This document shows positions 56,290 to 64,000 of a DNA stretch of 64,000 bases, piece after piece (the stretch's first letter is position 1; every line of letters starts with the position of its first letter). Made by a program: the position numbers and the translations under genes. Under the pieces are notes generated by a model. It was not told the DNA's origin and ran no database searches. It worked only from the letters and a program-made list of their open reading frames with translations. This DNA comes from Octopus sinensis (taxonomy: Eukaryota). The DNA is taken from NCBI RefSeq assembly GCF_006345805.1, contig NC_042998.1:178436001-178500000 (forward strand), written 5' to 3'.

Positions 56290-56505
56290 CGATCGTGGCC
56301 GTTTGCCAGCCTCGTCTGGCACCTGTGCCGGTGGCACGTAAAAAGCACCCACTACACTCATGGAGTGGTTGGCGTTAGGAAGGGCATCCAGCCGTAGAAA
56401 CATTGCCAGATCAGACTGGGCCTGGTGCAGCCTTCTGGCTTCCCAGACCCCAGTTGAACCGTCCAACCCATGCCAGCATGGAAAGCAGATGCTAAATGAT
56501 GATGA

Positions 56506-56508
<3 letters not shown>
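56290..56508 (+). mobile_element. RTE LINE 3' tail fragment
   Basis: ggcacgtaaaaagcaccc...ggcgttaggaagggcatccagccgtagaaac...(GAT)n. Confidence 0.85.
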
Positions 56509-56545
<37 letters not shown>

Positions 56546-57452
56546 TATTATATACTAATTTTATCTGTTTAAGCTAGGACAGATGTTTTGGGAAAATAAA
56601 TGTGGGGCTTGGACAAAATAGGCTGAGAAAGTGTTGTAAAAATTTACTTTGAAACTGAATGAGAAAATGAAATTGTAAAAGCATAGGTAGTGTGCATAAT
56701 TTTAAAAGAGACCAGAATAGCCATCTTAGGCCAATCAAGGAACTCCACAAATCTTTAATTTACCCTGACAACCAAGGATATGTACTCCCTCTCAGCTATC
56801 ATTCTCTGGCTTACAAGTGCATGCTGAGAGTAGGTCCATTCACTCATGCCATGTTTACAATTCTCATGTTGCAACACCTTTCAACAAATTTACTACTGAG
56901 GGACAGACCTCATTCTGTACCTTCACCTTTCTCTCTAAGGGAAAGGTATGGTAATAGTTAATGAACGCCTGCCTAATGAGGAAAATGTCTTGTCTTCAAA
57001 CCTCTGAATCACATCCACTACATTATCACTTTTACCATATCCACCAAAGAGAGGAAAACTATCTGTTGCTTCTACCAAAGGAAGGCTGTGGAATAACCTT
57101 TACGACAGACTCAGCCAATAGTCAGATCTGTCCTACATGCAAAAACAGTGATTTCACAAAACTCCATTACTTAATATTGTTCAAATAAGTGAATGTCAAA
57201 TGTCTTTTTTACTCATCAATTACTGGGATTGATGGATTCCTCTCCTCAAAATTGATGACCTTTTGCTTAAATTAGAAACAATTATTTTTACCATAGTTGG
57301 TTTTTAATGGCAAGTTTTAATGGCAATTTTCTTAATGATAATTTTAATGGCAATTACTGTAGTTGTTTTTTAATGGGGGTGAGATAACCAAAAAGTACCA
57401 CCAACCCTACCAAACCACCATTCTGTTATTGTTGTAGAATGGTGGATTGGTG

Positions 57453-57944
57453 GTACTTTTTGGTTATCTCACCCCCATTAAAAAATTGCCATTAAAAAAT
57501 TGGGTTATCTCCCCACTAAAAAAATTGAGTTAATGTGGCAACAAGAGATTTGATTAAAAGAGTTAGATCCTTTTGATTCAATACTTCAACACATTGTTGA
57601 CATTTGGCCTCCTCAATAGGCATGGTATGATTCGTTATAAAAATGTTATTAGATTCAATAAGATGTTTAATTTTTTTCAGTTTCCATATCTATTAATTTT
57701 TTCTGTTTTCATGTTTAATTTTTTTCAGTTTTGTATGATTTGTCATAAAAATATTATCAGATTTCAAACGATGTTTCATCTTTTCACTTTTTATGTTTAT
57801 TAATTTTTTCATTTTTTGTTTTATGTTTTATTTAGGGTTAAACAATTTATTTGGTTGAAGGAGATAACCAAAAGTACTGATATTTCTCGTAAAACGGGGG
57901 AGATAATTCAATTTTTTAATGGGGGTGAGATAACCAAAAAGTAC
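57453..57944. mobile_element. MITE with perfect 36-bp TIRs; extra TIR copy upstream
   Basis: GTACTTTTTGGTTATCTCACCCCCATTAAAAAATTG at 57453-57488 and its reverse complement at 57909-57944. AT-rich interior with subterminal GAGATAACC repeats; third copy at 57366-57398. Confidence 0.8.
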
Positions 57945-58464
57945 TGGAATGGTAAAGAGTTGGACAAAATACCTTCTAGTAATTGTTCTGGTTTTTTATA
58001 TTCCAAGATCAAATCCTTTCAAGGTTAGCTTTGCCTATCATCCCTCTAACAGTGATAAAATAAAGTACTAGTCAAGTACAGGGATCAATGGTTTTGACCA
58101 AAACCCCACCCCACAAAATTGCAGGCCTTGTGCCTAAATAATCGTTGATACCATTATTTCTTGCATACAAACAAGGCCTGAGATTAAAGGGGGAAAGAGC
58201 AGTCAAGAATACAATACGTGGATTCATACCCTGCAGATATAGATGATTGGTTGGTCCAATCAACTACATCTATATTCATATCAAATTAATGTGATAAGGT
58301 CAAAAGAAATAACTATAGCAGTAATAGTAATTGTGCTGAGAGATAGCTCGGGTGATAAATATTGCAAATTAAGAATAGTTGTATTCTACAGGGAATGTGT
58401 ATTCCACAAGAACTCAATCAATTATTTAAGTTGGGAACTACATGAATACTATATGTGTATGTGC

Positions 58465-59764
58465 ATATATATATATATATAATATATATATATATATATA
58501 CATACACACACACACACACAAGGAAAGAGAGAGAGGAGACAGTATTTTCTAACTGAAGGCATATCAGATTCATGTTTTTTGTCTAAATAAAATAGCAATC
58601 CCCTATTTTAAAACTGTGTTAAAATTCTTCTAAGGCAAATACCTAAATGTTTTAAACATTTATACAAAACCAATACATATATTCTGAGTTCTTCTTTTTA
58701 GTCTGTTCTATCACCTGCAGAAAAATTTTATAATATATATATATTACGGAGATGTACTTGCATAGCAAGTGACTTGATCCGAGATCGTGTGCTGGAATGA
58801 AAACAATTGCAACATGGAAGGTGTTTATAAGCCATTTAAGAAACACACAAAACCGTTAGATTCACTTCAACATTTAAATTTAATTTGTCAAAATATTTTC
58901 ATCGCTTTGAGACCGTGACCTGTTCACTGATAAAACTTTGTGCTGCATCTGAGATGCAGCACTGACACCTTCCACGCTGCAATTGTTTTTGTTTCAGCAC
59001 ATGATCTCAGATTAGGTCACTTGCTATGCAAGTACATCTCCATAATATATATATATATATATATATATACAACAAGCTTCTTTCAGTTTCCATCTACCAA
59101 ATCCACTAACAAGTCTTTGGTCATTCTGAGGTCTTGAGGCTATAGTAGAAGACACCTGCCCAAGGTGCTACGCAGTGGGACTAAACCTGGAACAATACAG
59201 TTGGAAAGCAAGCTTCTTACCACACAGCCATGCCTGTGCCATAGTGAACTTCTTAACCACATAGCCATGACTGCAACTAGTTACTCATATACATACATCA
59301 TCACCATTTAACATCCATTTCTCCATGCTTGCATGGGTTGGAAGGAGGCAAATTTTCCATGGCAAGATGCCCTCATGTATTTCCAAGCAAAGTTATATTT
59401 CCTCAAGACCAGACATATTCCTACAGATTATTAGAAATGAATGACAATACTTGTATGAGAGTGACACTCACTTACAACAAGCATGCAGTGTCAAGACAAG
59501 AAGACAATCATACGTACACTCACACACATATGTACACACATATATAATTAACTTCTTTCAGTTTCGGTCTACTAAATCCACTCACAGGACTTTGGTCAAC
59601 CCAGAACTACATTAGAAGATACTCAAGGTGCCACGCTGTGGGATTGAACCTGGAACCATGTGGTTAGGAAGCAAACTTCTTACCACACATGCCTGCACCT
59701 ATAATACATACATATATACACCCACACCTGCATCAATCAATCATACATACATACATACATATAT

Positions 59765-59806
<42 letters not shown>

Positions 59807-61049
59807 CACACACACACACACAAGGAAGAGAGAGAGGAGACAGTATTTTCTAACTGAAGGCATATCAGATTCATGTTTTTTGTCTAAATAAAATAGCAAT
59901 CCCCTATTTTAAAACTGTGTTAAAATTCTTCTAAGGCAAATACCTAAATGTTTTAAACATTTATACAAAACCAATACATATATTCTGAGTTCTTCTTTTT
60001 AGTCTGTTCTATCACCTGCAGAAAAATTTTATAATATATATATATTACGGAGATGTACTTGCATAGCAAGTGACTTGATCCGAGATCGTGTGCTGGAATG
60101 AAAACAATTGCAACATGGAAGGTGTTTATAAGCCATTTAAGAAACACACAAAACCGTTAGATTCACTTCAACATTTAAATTTAATTTGTCAAAATATTTT
60201 CATCGCTTTGAGACCGTGACCTGTTCACTGATAAAACTTTGTGCTGCATCTGAGATGCAGCACTGACACCTTCCACGCTGCAATTGTTTTTGTTTCAGCA
60301 CATGATCTCAGATTAGGTCACTTGCTATGCAAGTACATCTCCATAATATATATATATATATATATATATATACAACAAGCTTCTTTCAGTTTCCATCTAC
60401 CAAATCCACTAACAAGTCTTTGGTCATTCTGAGGTCTTGAGGCTATAGTAGAAGACACCTGCCCAAGGTGCTACGCAGTGGGACTAAACCTGGAACAATA
60501 CAGTTGGAAAGCAAGCTTCTTACCACACAGCCATGCCTGTGCCATAGTGAACTTCTTAACCACATAGCCATGACTGCAACTAGTTACTCATATACATACA
60601 TCATCACCATTTAACATCCATTTCTCCATGCTTGCATGGGTTGGAAGGAGGCAAATTTTCCATGGCAAGATGCCCTCATGTATTTCCAAGCAAAGTTATA
60701 TTTCCTCAAGACCAGACATATTCCTACAGATTATTAGAAATGAATGACAATACTTGTATGAGAGTGACACTCACTTACAACAAGCATGCAGTGTCAAGAC
60801 AAGAAGACAATCATACGTACACTCACACACATATGTACACACATATATAATTAACTTCTTTCAGTTTCGGTCTACTAAATCCACTCACAGGACTTTGGTC
60901 AACCCAGAACTACATTAGAAGATACTCAAGGTGCCACGCTGTGGGATTGAACCTGGAACCATGTGGTTAGGAAGCAAACTTCTTACCACACATGCCTGCA
61001 CCTATAATACATACATATATACACCCACACCTGCATCAATCAATCATAC

Positions 61050-61080
<31 letters not shown>
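58465..61080. repeat. Near-identical ~1.3-kb tandem duplication bounded by (TA)n
   Basis: Identical ORFs recur at offsets of 1301-1303 bp (58652/59953, 58940/60241, 59329/60632). Confidence 0.95.
58742..59046 (-). mobile_element. Repeat with ~82-bp inverted ends and a variant hammerhead-like core (duplicated at ~60043-60347)
   Basis: Arms 58742-58824 and 58965-59046, flanked by (TA)n. Minus strand TTTATCA-GTGAACA-G-GTCAC..GCGAT-GAAA-ATATT-T-TGACAAA at 58934-58884. Confidence 0.75.
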
Positions 61081-61099
<19 letters not shown>

Positions 61100-62028
61100 T
61101 CATCATCATTTAGCGTCTGTTTTATATATATATATATATATGTGTGTGTATGTACACACACACAAACAAAATAAACAGATATACATATGTGTATACACAC
61201 ATGAATTATGCAGGTTGATTCAAAATCCCTTTAACATTAATATAAAATGGTTAACAAGCAAATTGAGCTTCTTAATCTCATCTACCTTTCCCTTTGTATT
61301 CCACACACCTCCTACCTCCAAACCACTGCTTCTATTAATCCTCCTTCAACTCCGGTCCCCACCATTGGTTGCCACAGTAGCTATTCCACTACTTAACCAT
61401 TCATACCACCAGCTTCCAGGGCTACCCTGAGCTGCTAAACTACATATGAGCAGACAATCGAACAGGAATACTATTATACTGTGACCTGTTCAGGATATGC
61501 ATTTGTTATGTCAAAAGATATTTACAACAAAATAGCAAAAGCAAAAGTTGTAAACTTCATGATTTCAATTGTTACGTTGGTCATACAAGTACAACATTCT
61601 CTTGTAGGTTCACTATGTATTTACAAAGAACAATATACCACACTACATAAAACAAAGCTGGAAAGGAAAACATTGGTGGACAACACAATTTTACTCTATA
61701 AAATTAATCACAAAAATAGCAGATTAATGATGGAAACCTTAATCTTAACACAACACAGTGTGAAAATAAACAAACATGCACACCTCACAAACAAACAAAA
61801 ATGACTCATGACATATAAATCTAATGATCAAATTTCAAATTCCCATGTAAAATCTACACAAATAGCCTTTGCCTAGTTATGAAAGCAGTTACATATAAAA
61901 AGATTTCACATCTTGAAGAATAGAGTGTGAAAGTCTGCAAATATTGAAGTTTATTATTTCAAATGAACTGCAAGTGAGTCATACAAATATAACAAAGAGA
62001 AACTTAAAGTAAGTTAAAGCCAGAACAT

Positions 62029-62069
<41 letters not shown>

Positions 62070-62085
62070 ATATATATACATATAT

Positions 62086-62275
62086 ATCATCATCATCATC
62101 GTTTACTGTCCGTTTTCCATGCTAGCATGGGTTGGACGATTCGACTGGGGTCTGGGAAGCCAGGAGGCTGCACCAGGCTCAAGTCTGATCTGGCAGTGTT
62201 TCTACAGCTGGATGCCCTTCCTAATGCCAACCACTCTGTGAGTGTAGTGGGTGCGTTTTACGTGCCGCTGGCACA
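62086..62275 (-). mobile_element. RTE LINE 3' tail fragment
   Basis: (CAT)n cgtttac...ctggatgcccttcctaatgccaaccac. Confidence 0.85.
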
Positions 62276-62505
62276 GCAATATATATATATATATACATAC
62301 ATATGCATATGTACCTAGTATATGTATGTGTGTATATATAGATATATACACACACACGCACATGGTATGTATACATATATGCATGTGTGTGCGATACATA
62401 TGCCTTTTTTGGAGATATAAATATTAAAAGATGTGTATACAAATATATATTGAGAGAGAGTAGAGAGAGGTAATGATGCAGAAAAACACAATTAGGCTTG
62501 CCACA

Positions 62506-62541
<36 letters not shown>

Positions 62542-63227
62542 TCGAGCCTAATTGTCTTTATCTGCATTACTACCTCCATATCAACTTGTCTTGGATTTCT
62601 CTTATAGCCATTCTTGATGCCACGGACCTTACTTCTGGATGAAGAATTCGGGGTTTAAGTAAATATTCATTTGAGTACTACTGCATGTTTTCTATACTGA
62701 GCATATCTAGCTCTTACTTATTCTCTCTCTCTCTCTCCCTTCTTTCTGTGTGTGTGTGTGCTTGTGCGTACATGCATGCACGCATACACACACACTGATA
62801 TATACATATAGACATACATAAATTCTTAACATACTTCAAGCAGAATCACTGTAACAATAAGTACAAGACATTCTAGAATGCAACTTAGCTTCAGATCGAA
62901 CTATAATGAAGCAAAGCCTCTTCACTGTCTTTTCACCCCCAACATCGAACCAATTACTTGAATACATGTTAGGAAGTATGCATCCACAGTCTTGGACATC
63001 AGAGTAACTTTTCAGACAATCTGATACAATAGATTCTCTATCAAACAGAAATTCAAAAAAGTATGTAAGAAATTGATAAGGTGGTTGCAAAGCTACATTA
63101 AATGGTGATTTATCAACTTTACCCTTTCACTCTTTCACTGCATTGAACTCACAAAGTAAAATATTTCACCCACTTCTATCCACAGTTTCCAACACTCTCT
63201 CAATATTAGTTGTATATTTGCATTGAT

Positions 63228-63461
63228 AAGGCGGCGAGCTGGCAGAATCGTTAGCACGCCGGGCAAAATGCGTAGCCGTATTTTCGTCTGCCGTTACATT
63301 CTGAGTTCAAATTCCGCCGAGGTCGACTTTGCCTTTCATCCTTTCGGGGTCGATTAATTAAGTACCAGTTAAGCACTGGGGTCGATGTAATTGACTTAAT
63401 CTGTTTGTCTGTCCTTGTTTGTCCCCTCTGTGTTTAGCCCCTTGTGGGTAGTAAAGAAATA
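63228..63461 (+). mobile_element. Young SINE family B (Meta/MESC-like domain) with 17-bp TSD
   Basis: CpG-rich; A box TGGCAGAATCG, B box GAGTTCAAATT, then GCCTTTCATCCTTTCGGGGTCGAT..AAGTACCAG. TGTATATTTGCATTGAT at 63211-63227 and 63462-63478. Confidence 0.92.
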
Positions 63462-64000
63462 TGTATATTTGCATTGATGACTCAAAGTTGTTTGCAACAA
63501 TGAGTCGTCATGTGAAAGTAACAGTGCAGTAGGGAGCTTAAATAAATACAAAACCAGAATGGAATCCTTGGAAGATGACAGGAAAGTAACATTTTAATCA
63601 TGACTAAGTAAATGTGTTTTGGAAAAGTAGTCTATCAAATCTTGGACTGCAATTTGAAATTGTAGCTACTTTTGCAAAAAAAAAAAAAAATACCCCAAAA
63701 AAAAACCATCCCAAGATTCTTGGTGTAATCATAGACTGTTAACTATTATGAGGAGAACTAATTTCCATCATATGTAACACAGCTGCACAGATGCTTGGAG
63801 AATTTGAGTAATCAAAGTGTGAAGCAATGATTTTATCATAAGATGTCCATCAAGCCTTGAACTCAATTGAAAGCAACCTATGAGAAAGCAAATTGAGATT
63901 CTGAATGTAACCATAGACAGTGAGCTGATATGAGCTGTTATATATCTTCATCATATATAACATAGCTGCAGAGAGGATTAGAGCTCTACACAAAATTATA

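Noticed and set aside
62836-63090. 84-aa minus-strand ORF
   Set aside because: No recognisable domain; the region and ~63710-63910 look more like very decayed LINE sequence.

Overview
AT-rich, microsatellite-rich eukaryotic DNA. The repeat families look like those of octopus genomes (inference from the SINE/RTE types). Most of the window appears intronic. One well-supported coding exon lies on the minus strand (42882-43343), with a candidate 13-nt microexon; the host gene cannot be named. The rest is mobile DNA: several tRNA-headed SINE families, a 5'-truncated RTE LINE carrying a PHD-type finger plus many copies of its 3' tail, three Tc1/mariner relics (DD34D, DD37D, DD41D), MITEs, a CR1-like 3' end and a 1.3-kb tandem duplication. 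The most interesting signal is four unrelated elements that each carry a minimal type-I hammerhead-ribozyme fold, three of them with Penelope-style inverted ends. One has a tRNA (Pol III) head and a 10-bp TSD. One has a G3-C8 swap of the normally C3-G8 core pair. One follows a decayed Penelope-like endonuclease. No ribozyme activity can be shown from sequence, and several copies carry likely inactivating changes. Most short ORFs in the track are spurious.
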